DNA of 64,000 bases from Anthoceros angustus. Taxonomy: Eukaryota > Plantae > Anthocerotophyta. The position numbers were made by a program, and so were the translations under genes. Below the pieces are notes generated by a model. It was not told where the DNA came from. It saw nothing but the letters and a program-made list of their open reading frames with translations, and ran no database searches. Position 1 is the first letter of the stretch; each line of letters opens with the position of its first letter. The stretch lies in NCBI GenBank assembly GCA_010909165.1, contig VJWM01000107.1, forward strand, positions 310,001-374,000, given 5' to 3'. Shown here piece after piece: positions 10,722 to 22,894 of the stretch.

Positions 10722-13700
10722 CATTCCTCCATGCATGCCATATATAGTCCCCAGTTTTTTATGACCATTTCGTGACCCAAAAACAAGTGTTTGCAATGCG
10801 ATTTCTGAGTGGCCGATGACCAAGGAAGTGCCATGCCATGACAAGGTCATGGCCATCTTACAACCGCCATGAACCAAGGACAATGGTTCCCTTTCTCTCA
10901 AATAAAATTCTCCCTCCACCATGGTCCAAGGAAGGTGGGTGCAAGCCATTAGAATAATTGAAAACTCATGGCATGGAAGAAAACATGCCACGTCAAGGTC
11001 GTTTGAACGATGACGCTACTGCTCCATGCTTTTGAATAATCTATATCAACATCTACACCATTGTGCAAGGACGGTGGTGGCACGTGAGAGCCATTCAAGC
11101 AAACTAAATGCCCCTTTCATTATGCCATGAATGAAGGACCGTCTATGTGAATTTGCCATATATGCCAATTCCGTTCTCCTAGATAATGATGTCCATCGCT
11201 CGAGACTCCCATTCGCTCTCCACCAATCATGCGTCACATGGCGTAACGATAATGTATTCACGCCTCGGCACCATGCTAGGGTGACGGCTCGACGTCACTA
11301 TGGCCGCACCGCCGCAAAGGATTTCCAGCCCTTAGGAGACATGAAAACAAACTTCGGCCTCTATGGCGTGGCGCATTTCACACTCATTGCATTTACCAAA
11401 GAATCCATCATTGGTCGACGCCATCAAACCCGCCATGTTTGGTTTGTCACATGTAAGGAATAGTTGAAATTCAAGATCCTCTCATCCGCAACCCGATGTG
11501 GCTGGGCACAAGTGGCAGAAGGTGGTGGTCCGCTTTAAATGTCACCACCTTGCCCATCGCTTCACGCTACTACCTTTCTCTTGGTCATCCTCGCAGCTGC
11601 GGGCGAGCCTGTCTTCGTGAAACATGCCACTGCGGGCGCTCCCTGCTACCTTATGCCATGTATGATGGACATGTTGACGATGTCGAGCTAGCTTCCGGAA
11701 ACCTAAATGGGCGTGGAGTGGTAGTTCGCACCACGAGGCGTGTGTTCATGTCTCCATCTTGGTGCACAACTAGAAATCATTGATGGCCATCAAGGATCCT
11801 TTGCAAAGGTTGGAGGCGGTGTCACCGCCTCATGGCGTGGAGAGCTGTCATCGTGGCTATCCTCGGGGACTTGCCATTCGGTGGCGAGGTGGTTCCTTCC
11901 ACATGGTGCGGGCATGGTGTTCTGGTGACCACACACGGTATGGCTGGGGGGTTCGGTTGTGAGGCGCTGGATGTGAACACTTTTTTTTTGGCCCTGTTCG
12001 CCTACCTACAAGTCCATGCGTGCAGCCGAAAATGTTTGTGGAATCCGCATAAGTCAAAACCGCCACCTTCCGCTGCCTGACCTGTGTCTGTTTGTGGATC
12101 ATTGCAGAAGTGTGTGCACATTATTGTTGCTCGGTGGTGGTTCCTTCCACATGGTGCGGGCATGGTGTTCTGGTGACCACACACGGTATGGCTGGGGGGT
12201 TCGGCTGTGAGGCGCCGGATGTGAACACTTTTTTTTTGGCCCTGTTCGCCTACCTACAAGTCCATGCCTGCAGGCTAAAGTGTTTGTGGAATCCGCATAA
12301 GTCGAAACCGCCACCTTCCGCTGCCTGACCTGTGTCTGTTTGTGGATCATTGCATAAGTGTGTGCACATTATTGTTGCCTGGTGGTGGAAACCGACGATG
12401 GCCATTAAGGACAAGGGCTGCAATTCCCTGTCAATGACGATGGCCATCGAGGATGATGGATGGGAGGTTGCTCTCCCCTCGTCGGCCATCAAGGACCTGG
12501 TATGGAGGGCCGTCGTCCCTTGGCTCTTGCCGTCTCTGGGGCACGGCAGTCGTCGTGTGAGCAGGGACGGTTTATACCTCACAATGTGGGGACATATGCT
12601 TACCGTAATTAAACATTGGGATGGGAAAGTCCTTCATCCTTGATCACTACTTGTACTTCCCATGTCACGCAATAAAACTCGATGACTGTCTTGTCTGGCG
12701 GAATGGATGGGTATGGTTTGGTGCCCGTCCATACCGCTGACCGACATGACAAGTCACCCTTGCGCACGCTACTCGAGTCACGCGTCTGAAAGTGGAATAA
12801 ATCATGTATGGTGATTGGTTTGCAGGTTATAGTCTATTGTCTCCTCCCTCCGGATGCACAAGGCAATCTTTGGTCGGAAGACGATGATTAATGGGCGATT
12901 GAGAGCGGCGCCATGTGGGCAATATAATACATCATGAGTAACGACAACAGAACCAATGGGACATGAAACTTGCTCCCAAGTCCGCAAGGTTGTGGTCGAA
13001 AATTGTTCGATTATGGGCAAGTAGCATGTGCACTCAGTCCCGCCAAGAGGAGTAAATGACAACCACCGGGCCTTTGCAAACAAAGCTTTTTCAAAATAGC
13101 AGCCTTGAATTCGGCTGGACTCATGGCATGGCACCTTTCACGAGAGGGAAGCCATTGCCTTGATGGCACGAAGGTGGTGGACAACCGTCTGGGGATGGGG
13201 AGTATGGCGAGGTGAAGCTTGCTAGAGTCACGTATGAAGGCGCGAACACCATAGCGACGGCGTCGCACGATGCACCGTATGGGTGGGGAGGATAAGGGAG
13301 CCAAATGGCCTCGGGCTATCTCGCTCATCCACCGCCCCAGGGGCGGTCTCCATTTAGACATCGGCGACGTGGAGAAGCGGCCTCCTCGTCGAAGACGGTC
13401 AGCGAGAGGTAAGAGGCGAGGGGCGACATGGCTGCCGAACCCAGACTTGATTTTGACGACTTTGAGACGTGGAACCTCCCAGCCCCGACGGATGCGGAGT
13501 TGGAGCACTGCGTGCAGGAATTGAAGGAAATAGATGAAGAGCTATTTCTGTTGGATGAGGTGGGTTTTCGCAGACTCGCGTTAACGGCAAGTGACGCTGG
13601 CAAAGTGTGCACACAATCTGAAGTTTGCAGGCCAGATGAGTGGGCATGGTGGACAAACGGGTAACACAGGTGCACCTGGCATGCTGGCATGCGTTCAAGC

Positions 13701-15400
13701 TTGGAGACAAGGGAAGGCAACCTTCGAGGGACGGGCGGTGGCAAGGATTGCTAGAAGGGAAAGGGTGGAAATCGTGAAAGGCGATAGTGGGGTTCTGCCC
13801 GAGTTCCTTCAGAGTAAGATAGGGAGTGTATGAAAAGATCCTAGAGGTTCGGCTATTGCAAGGAGAACAAGGAAATGACCATTTTGCTTAACGACATTGA
13901 ATTGAAGATGGATCCGATATGGTGGCCTTTCCGAGACGACGGAAGGAAGGGGTGGCAGGCAACGATGGTGCACGAGGTGGTGACATGGACGACGAGAGGC
14001 TATCAAGGAATGCAGATGGCGCGGAAGGGGGCTTGGGAGGAAGGAGGCCAGAGGGGGCGAGGGACAACGGGACTTTGAATGGGGGGAAAGGCGACGATGA
14101 ACAAGGAGCGGGAAGTGGAGACGGCGAGGCGCAGTCTTGAGGAAGCATGCAGGAGGGAGGCAGCAGAGGGGGGAACCGAGTGACAGTGTGGACATGTGGA
14201 CGATATTGTGGTGCCCGCGACACCACGATCGCCTAGGGTTGGTGGAAGCGCATGCCCGGATTGGGGTCAATGGAGGGCAACGAGGGTGTCGTGGGCAGCA
14301 AGCAAATAATGGAAAAGAGGTGGAGGGTGCCCGAGACCGCCAGTGACGGCCATGTATGGGAGGGTGGAGGCCTGGGATCGATGGAGTGACGACGCCGATG
14401 GAGGCGGAACAAGGTGTGTGGAGGCGGAGTCGGGTGGTGGAGCACGGAGGGGCAATCAACTGTCACTGTGAAGAAACACACTTGTGTGCACTATGGACAG
14501 CCAAAAATCGCAGGGGACTAGGAGGAGCGGGTGGCGGAGGACGACAAGAGTGGATCACCCAGCAGCCATGGTGGGCGGGGGCAAAAGGCGTGAACATGAG
14601 GCGATGTCGAGGGGAGAGAGAATGAAGGAGGACTAAGAGGGCAACATGCAGGTGCAGTTGATATCAACAAAGGCCAATGCATGATGGAGGCCGGGGGACA
14701 GACGGGGACGCAGAGAACATGGACGCAGCAGGAGGCAGGTCAAGAGGACGATGTGCCTAATTTCGTGCAGACACATACCTTGCAGCCTCGGATGCCGAGA
14801 GCATGGACTGCATAGTGGAGCCCTTGAGGCAACGCCACTGTGATAAAGGGTGGAGGCCGAAAGAGGAAAACGGGAGGAGGAGTAGAGGAGGCAGGAGGGA
14901 GGCAGGAGGGAGGCAGGAGGGAGGCAACGCCACTGTGAAGAAGGAGGACGGAAGAGGAAAATGTCCAGCAAGAAGGGCGTAAGAAAAGAGGAGGGACCGG
15001 AGGGAAGGTAAGGCAAATGGACAGCTGGGAAACCCATTAACGCTGGATAACTCATGACGCCATGCTGGTTTGTATGTGCAATGTGCCTAAGGCGGAGGGA
15101 AGCGGAGGAAGTGGCAAAGCTTGCACGCCAAACGCAAGTGGAGGGGAAGAAGAAAATTGCGAATCGAACGGGAGGGCGGAAGTTTCCTGTAGGTGCATAC
15201 GATGACGAGTAGGAAGTGCCTTACATGGAGGCAGAAAAGCATAAGCCAGCGCATACCAAATCTCCTCCGCACAGCACAATCTTGTAGGGGCATAACCTCA
15301 CAGTGATGCGTCACAATAAGGTGATAGGTGGGGACAATATCTTCTTGGGCGCCATGGCAGGAAGCCGATGGCTATTGTTGACGTGGGAAGGACAAACCGC
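10722..15400. mobile_element. Degenerate repeat/TE-like sequence of unidentified family
   Basis: No credible spliced gene. Short ORFs are interrupted by stops (e.g. 13428-13664 acidic fragment), there are internal tandem duplications and GA-rich low complexity, and it is continuous with 5.4-7.2 kb once the CACTA is removed. Confidence 0.35.
11888..12388. repeat. ~248-bp tandem duplication, two copies
   Basis: GGTGGTTCCTTCCACATGGTGCGGGCATGG starts at 11888 and 12136. The copies are near-identical through TTATTGTTGC. Confidence 0.9.
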
Positions 15401-17885
15401 AAGCCAGCATGCTATAAAGTAGGGGTATAAGGGCCGCTATTTACACGTATAGTAAATACAAAGTATCGTATCATGAATATGTATGTACATTATGTACACA
15501 TGTATGTAATATACAAACTTATTTTATATGAAATTGAATACGCCGTATAGCACTTAGAATAATACATTACATTTATCACCGTAGACTACATGCATAGTAC
15601 AAGGATGTATTGATACGTATTTGTATATGGTCGTATTGAAGGGCGTATCGGTGGTAACTACCAAGTAAAACGTGGTATTTCAAAGGGCAAAAGTAAAAGG
15701 GCAATGGTGGATGGGGAGGAGGTTCGGTACCAAGCCTCCAAAAGTGTTACAAGACCTCTCTTGTAACACTTTAGATGTTGCATGCAATTTTGAGAGAGGG
15801 CAAAACCACCTCTCACTTCATCTTAACATAATTGCAACACCATTGCAACATGATTGCAACAACAGCCGTGGTATGGTTTCCAAGCCAAAGTGTAACAAGG
15901 GGCCAAAAAGTGTTACATGACCCCAAAATTGCAACATGAGTGTTACATCCAGGGGTCCAAATCTTAACATAAAGTGTAACATAGGGTGCCCATTTTTAGT
16001 AGGGATATGTGAAATGACTACCGCTATTATTACGACACAAGCAGTGTCGCGAGAGAGAACTCACACAAAAGAGTCTAGCACAGGTCTAGTGATGAAGTGT
16101 TTGAGTACGCTTACGATGTTTTATCCCCTCATCCTTCCTTGAATCGTCGTGATGTCATCCCATGTATTAGAGGCATTGGATCGTCTTGGGTGAGTTTCAA
16201 AAGCACGAGATCAACTAGCTCTTCAGGCTAAGTGGCGGGGTGAAGTGTGTGGATGACTAGGTAGCACCCTTTGACGTACAACGTCTATAAGGGCTTGTGT
16301 GTGATCTATCCTTAAGAGATGGTGGGCTATTTGAATTGTTGTATTTGGTGTGCGTGTTATGTTTTAATTGCATTCTTCCTTCTACAACCGAGGGGTCTTC
16401 TCTTGTGAGACTCTAAACACCATACCATCTTTGAATATTCAGCATCCAATACTCAACTCCTTCCCAAGGGGAGCTGGTTTTTTATGAGAGTTTTTAACTC
16501 ATAAATTAAATCATAATTTCAAAATATATTGTTAAAGACTTTTGCATAACTTTCACCACAAAAAGGAGACTTTTACATACTCTTAAGAGTTCCATGGGTA
16601 AACATTTACGTATGTATGTACAAACATGTCTCCAAGTTCTCCTTAGATATCATAAAATTATGTTAGCTTTATTATTATATCAATGTTCTAATCAATACCA
16701 TATTAGAAAAGTGAGAAATACGGCGCCACCATAAATGCGGTAGCAGACGCGGACAAAACGGCATTGAATTGGTACCGAAGGGAGCCCGGAGACGGGGTCG
16801 TCGAGGCACGAGGACCACAAACGGGGGTGTGCGGCTCGGGGCGTGACGGAATGTGATGATGGGAGGAAAGGGGTTGTGGTGCTGGGCTGGCCACATAAGT
16901 GGGTCCGTTAGGGCCTGGGGAAGCCCGCATGATTGCGGTGGTGTGTAGAAGAAAAGCGGGCGACCTGAAGAGTGGGGAGTCTGGAGCGTCGAGACCCACC
17001 GTCGGCTTCGGCGTCCGGCGGCCGGCGTCCGGCGTCCGGCAGGAGCAGGTGCGTATGTACATTATGTACACATGTATGTAGTCTTCCCTGCCCTCTCCGG
17101 CCCCGCGGGTGGGCCGGGTTTGGACCCGGGACCCCCCGGAGCCCGGAGCCCGGAGCCCGGGGGCCGGAGGCCGGAACCCGGAGCCCGGAGTTCGAATCGC
17201 GAATCGCGAGTCGCAGAGCAGCAGATGAGGCAGAACCGCGCCAAAGCGGGCACGCCTAGCGAACAGCCCGCCACCGGCAGTGCGCCTCACTGCGCGCTCG
17301 CTTCCTTCGTTGTTGCTGCTCGCGGGCAGGGAACGGGAGGAGTCGGCCGTGTCCGCGACTCGCTCGTGCTGGGCTCGCGCTGGCCGCAGGATCGGGCCGC
17401 GAAGGCCGCGCTGTCCGCGATGCCCGCGATGCTCGCGCCGCGCTGAGCCCTGCCAGCTCGAGCTCACGATGCGGCAGGACTGGAGCTCTGGGCTGGAGCT
17501 GCCGCGGCGGGAGGGATAGCGACCTACCTTAGCTAGGGCTGCTCCCGCGTCTTGGATTGCGGCAGAAGGCCCTGCCACCTTCTTGCGCGGATGCGCTGCC
17601 CGCTGCCGCATTTGCGTGCGCAATTTGGCCGCCGCGGCTTCAATGCGCGCGCTGCCGGGAGGTAGATCGGCGGCGTGCGTCTCGGCCCCGGCCCGCAGCT
17701 GCCGTGCTGCTGCCGTGCTAGGGTGATGGTGGGAAGGAGGACGCGGGGCGCGGCGGCCGCCATGGAGTGCAGATCTTTGCGCAGGGGTGGCTGGAGGGAC
17801 TGAGTGCTCTGCTGCTGCGGTTTGCGGTTTGGGGTTTGGGGAAGGGGGTTAGAAGGAGGGGGAGGGGGAGGGGGAAGGGGAACAC

Positions 17886-19039
17886 ATGGCACCAGGAAGC
17901 ACTTGTCACGAAATTCCCAAATCACCTGTGAGGGACGATGACAGCCCGCCCGGGGTGTCGGATACCGAGAGCACCATCACCACGGAGCGGGCGGAGAGGA
18001 CTCCCAAATCGGCATCGGCTCCCTCGGCGCCGGGGAAGGCTGGCCTTACGCCCGCCAGCAGCGTGCACGAGCTGCTGGAGTGTCCTGTGTGCACCAATTC
18101 CATGTACCCGCCTATACATCAGGTCGGTGGTGAGGGTTGGGATGTGGATGAGTATGAGGATGCTCATGTGCTGATGCTGGATGTGGGACTGATGTGGAGT
18201 ACGTGTGTGTGTGCAGTGTCCTAATGGCCACACCCTGTGCTCGAGCTGCAAGTCGAGGGTGCACAACCGGTGCCCCACCTGCAGATATGAGCTGGGGAAC
18301 ATTAGATGCCTGGCGCTGGAGAAGGTGGCAGAGTCGCTGGAGCTGCCCTGCAGGTATCAGAGCCTGGGCTGCCCGGATATTTTCCCCTATTACAGCAAGC
18401 TGAAGCATGAAGCCCAGTGCACGTTCCGGCCGTATAATTGTCCCTACGCTGGATCCGAGTGTTCCGTGACGGGGGATATTGCGTCCTTGGTGGCGCATTT
18501 GAGGGATGAGCACAAGGTGGATATGCACAACGGCTGCACTTTCAATCACCGCTATGTCAAGTCCAATCCTCAGGAGGTGGAAAATGCCACCTGGATGCTG
18601 ACTGTGAGTATCAAGCGAGCAGCGCACTGGTTTTTGTGTTTTTGTGAAGTTCGTCTCGTCAGGTGTTGGTGGCGGTAGGGTTTCTGATGATGGTGTCTCA
18701 TCTCCGTCTCGCATGCAGGTGTTCAACTGCTTCGGCCAGCATTTCTGTCTGCACTTTGAAGCCTTCCAGCTCGGGATGGCTCCGGTCTACATGGCATTTC
18801 TACGGTTTATGGGCGATGACAACGAAGCCAAGAACTTCAGCTACAGCCTGGAGGTCGGAGCCAACGGCAGGAAGCTCAGTTGGCAGGGCGTGCCCAGGAG
18901 CATTCGAGACAGCCACAGGAAAGTCCGGGACAGCCACGACGGGCTCATAATTCAGAGAAACATGGCTCTCTTCTTCTCAGGTGGGGATCGGAAGGAGCTG
19001 AAGCTAAGGGTGACCGGACGCATATGGAAAGAGCAATAG
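17886..19039 (+). CDS. SINAT: SINA/SINAT-family RING E3 ubiquitin ligase, 3 exons, ~314 aa
   Basis: Exons 17886-18122, 18217-18603, 18719-19039 with GT-AG introns, all phase 0. RING CPVCTNSMYPPIHQCPNGHTLCSSCKSRVHNRCPTCR, SIAH zinc fingers, and substrate-binding domain ending LKLRVTGRIWKEQ. Confidence 0.96.
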
Positions 19040-20124
19040 CAGGGCGGTGGCATGGACGCAAGAGCAGAAGCCAGAAGCAGCAGGTGTGACCATATCCGTA
19101 CGAAGGCTCGCCCCCCTCATCTCATTTTGGATGTCAGTTAGTGACAGATCCAGTGACTTGTTTTGCATGCAGCAATGAATGTGAGGAGCGCATGCAATTG
19201 CCCTACGTCTGTTCACCGCGTCATTGTCATTTTCACCTTCCTTCCCTTCTCTTGGGCTGGGAGTCGAATGTGTATACATATTTGTTAGGAAAGCTGCAGG
19301 TTGGGAGAGTTTCCACAGAAGGTGTTACTTGAATGTGTATCTTGCAGCGTGCTTGTCGGGTCGAATAGGGGCAACTTCAGATTCACACAAGACGAACAGA
19401 ACACAACAAAACAGGTGAAGCTTGCTCGCTTTACCACTTGTCAGCGATGGAATGGAATCGGACGATCACAAGGCCAGAGCTATGACTTTATCGGGGTAAT
19501 AAACTTACCACACTTTTCCTCCAGCGCTTTGTGTGGTGAGAGAAGGAGCAGTCCTATTATTGTGCCGCTCCTGGCGATGCCTGCGATGCAGAGATGATAA
19601 AAGACTGACAGCGCGGGGGTCCACTCCTCTGCCGCTTCCAGAAACCGTCCAGAAGCGATGCGGAAAGGGCAATGGGTTGCGCTGGAAGGTGGCTGGATCT
19701 TGTCTGATTCACGTGACCGGCGCTCCGCAACAGCTGTGAGGTAGCTGGTGCCTACAGGGCACGCATGCCTGCGAATTCTCGTCTCACGGAGAACGACTCC
19801 TCCTCTGTGTGTACACCTCTCCTGTAGGCTCTCCATGGCTTTCGCTCGGTGCATACCACGCTGCGGTACATGTACAGACTGCTCCGTTCTGCCCCGCCTT
19901 GCCTTGTTGACTCCTCTCCCGACCCCACTGTCCTTATAATAATCTGGTCAAAAGATTGCGTTTGCATCCGTCCTGTGTAGCCTGATTGTTATACAGTGCA
20001 AGGATCTCGAGATGTATGTGACTCTCTTCTTCATTCTGTTATTTCAACACAGACAATTGGGTTTCACGTCCTACACCTCACATGCTCGGCATGACCCATG
20101 TACACATTGAAGTGCTGGAAGATT

Positions 20125-22207
20125 CTACCGAAACAGACGCAGTGGAATGGTTTCTGTCGCCACCTGCAGGAACAAGAGAGAGGGAATCGAACTCAGTCAG
20201 TTCTTCTCCGTGGATTGGAGAAAGAAACCCAAGTTGCTCTGAGATGAAATGGAAGATGAACAGTGAACGTACCCATTGTCTGGTTAACTGGACGTCGATC
20301 TGGGAAGAATGTTTTGCAAGGGCAGAATCGAATGTGACCACGATTGACATCTCGAACTCCAAGGAAAATGATCTGCAGTTGTTGGGAAGGGAAGGAAAGC
20401 TTCCGTTCAGACAAGTTTGAAAGCAGAAACGAGGATGCAACCAGTTCCTGGAGCTACGTCATACCCTGCAGACAGGGTCGGACAGGTGAATAGTCGGGGC
20501 AGCACTATGTGGATCGGCATCACTAAGCCTCGACAGACATCCCCATCTGCAATCTGTGATATGGAGAACAACGCACAAGAGATGAGAGAAGGATGCAAGC
20601 ATGCCACAGTTGTGTACCAGTGAGGTGTAGGCATGGGGAGAGCCTTACTTGAGTGGTTTGAATCTCTGAGCTCTCTGTAGCCATACGCTCACCGGCTGCA
20701 ACAGACTCGATGCGGATAAGTTGTATGTCGATAGATAGGATTGGCACTGCTGAGTGTTCAACTCTTAGCTCTCCGGAAACAGGTTCTGTGAGCAGACACT
20801 GGGTAGCGATGTTGCCACTGATCCGAAATCCTCCTGTTCACATTGGTTAATGCAGCATTCAGAATGCTTGCAACCAAGATTTCTTGCGTGGGTCGAGTGT
20901 GTGACAAGGATGGAGCATGGTTGCCCACCTGCACGAATGGCTGGTAGAAGAGAGTGATGCTGAGTGTCCTGAGTGATGATGAACGTCACAGACTCTGATG
21001 GCATTGAGCGAGGCACCTTTTCTGCAGCCGAAACAAAGGAGCAGTGGAGCCATTAGGCAGGGAAGGTATCTAGGTGTGAGACATTTGGCAGGGAAAAGAT
21101 GAGTCCGTTTATCTAACCTTTTCGCCCTTCGACAATGAACTCTGCACTTGCAGAAAGAGCCTTTTGAAGATATCCCCTTAGCACTTCCGCCGTGATCGTA
21201 TACTGGAAAATAAACCCAAGTGTGGCAACCATGGAAGTTGGCAGTTGGGCCAACTTGCAGGAATGTATGCTCAAGCACTATCTGCTCTTCAACAGCAAAA
21301 TGCACCATCACAAGCTGGCTTGCTGAGTTTCGAGTTGGACCTGAATGTTTACATATGCACCGTGGTATGTCTCATACAGGGTCTCAGCGATAACACCCTT
21401 GGGCTGGTCCAACGAGATGTGAAAAGGGAGCTGCACTTCCATCAAAACAGTTTCTTTGGTAGCAAGGAACCACCTAATATGCGTCCTTATAGAACATCAG
21501 TGAGAAAGGCTTGAAAGTATTTGGAACCTCCACTCTTCCAACGGGTAACTTCCCGGCTGGAGTGATGTCAATAGTCTTGTTCCTGCAAACCCCAAAACAG
21601 TTTCCCGAGAGGCTTCAGCGAAAGACTTCTTTGATCCACCAATTCCATATCATATGGACGAAGCATTAGCACTCACATGAGCTGAATAGGCTTCACGGAA
21701 TTGTACAGAGCTTCGAAAACTCCCACTGATCTTGCACTCAACTGGCAGAAGCACAGCCAGACGAGATGAACCCTCTTGTCAGGGGTTCTTCAGGTAGCAG
21801 CGACATACTTCAAAGTTTCCTCACTGCTATACCTGCAGCATGATGGTGCCAACGGCAGAGAGCCTGATGCCCTGATGCGAGAGACTGCTCGGGGATGTAA
21901 TAACAATTATGCCATCTACCACATCCTGCACACAGCACGACAAGCTCAAAACGCAGCAACAACCCACAACAACCACGTAACCTTTCCAGGACTGTTCGAG
22001 CAATTTTCAAAATCCCTGCTAAATTGGCAACCTCCTTTCCAGGCCTCGAGCAATTTTCACAATCCCTGCCAAACTGTTAAACCTCCGCTTTCTAGCAGGC
22101 TCATATAAACTAGCAGCAAATGAAGGCAATCTCCAGAAGGGATGGTGCGGACTCACCACCGGCCGGTAGATGCGATCTAGGCGGGTTAACTTGACATCGA
22201 CAGCCAT
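20125..22207 (-). CDS. VPS26C: VPS26C/DSCR3-like (retriever/retromer-related arrestin fold), 11 exons, 314 aa
   Basis: Phase-consistent GT-AG exons 22157-22207, 21833-21925, 21677-21741, 21528-21582, 21341-21430, 21118-21202, 20929-21021, 20649-20833, 20465-20553, 20273-20372, 20125-20163 (945 nt). Peptides MAVDVKLTRLDRIYRP, YETYHGAYVNIQY, FIITQDTQHHSLLP, IQTTQIADGDVCRG and ETIPLRLFR match plant DSCR3. Confidence 0.92.
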
Positions 22208-22894
22208 GGCTCAGGACAGCGAGTCCCTGGAGGAAAGGTGGCGGCCGTGCAAACGCCACTCACCTGTTCAGCCAACTACTCACCTGTTCAGAGACTCAAT
22301 TATGGTTAGCTGTAAGAAGAGCAAGTGAATTTTCTTACCGGAAGTCAAACGTTGACGCAAAGACACGGAGAGAGAATCGGCAGGGGCTGGATGACAAGCC
22401 TACGGGATGTGATTTGCTCCAAGAATCTTGCCTTTTCCCTGAACTGGGTCCCTCAGATCCCCTCCGATTCCACACATTCTCAGTTTGATCCAAGGCTCGG
22501 GATGCGCTTCCCTCTACCACTTGCGTGCTTCCTGTGGCTCTGCTGAATTGCTTGATTCCGGCTCTTGTTGCGTGCGTGTCAGGATGTCTGTAGGATGTGA
22601 TCGAAATCCGGCCAAGTAGCTTGCCCGAGGAGGGTCCTGTGCGAGAGAGTGGTTGGGGCAGTAGCTCGTCAAGCTTTCAAGGTCGGGCTCTTCCGTGGTA
22701 GGGGGACGGTCGAGCTCGTCATGGATATACTGTTCGTGAATTCTGTTGATCTTAGTCTCAAGCTAGGATACTTTCGGAGGTTTGTGCGATAAGGATGAAT
22801 TCCCAAGGATCGTTTGATTTGCATGAGTCATTCCTAGGAAGAACATAGTTTTGTCGTGTGAAGGTGAGCAAGGAAGCAGTTTTGCTTTCGCAAC

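Noticed and set aside
13011-15314. Many overlapping 70-216 aa ORFs
   Set aside because: Low-complexity GA/CT-rich sequence yields stop-poor frames; no recognisable motifs or consistent splice structure.
16703-17925. Long GC-rich ORFs upstream of SINA (e.g. 306 aa, minus strand)
   Set aside because: Arg/Pro/Gly/Ala-rich translations of GC-rich promoter or UTR DNA with heptamer repeats; no domain.
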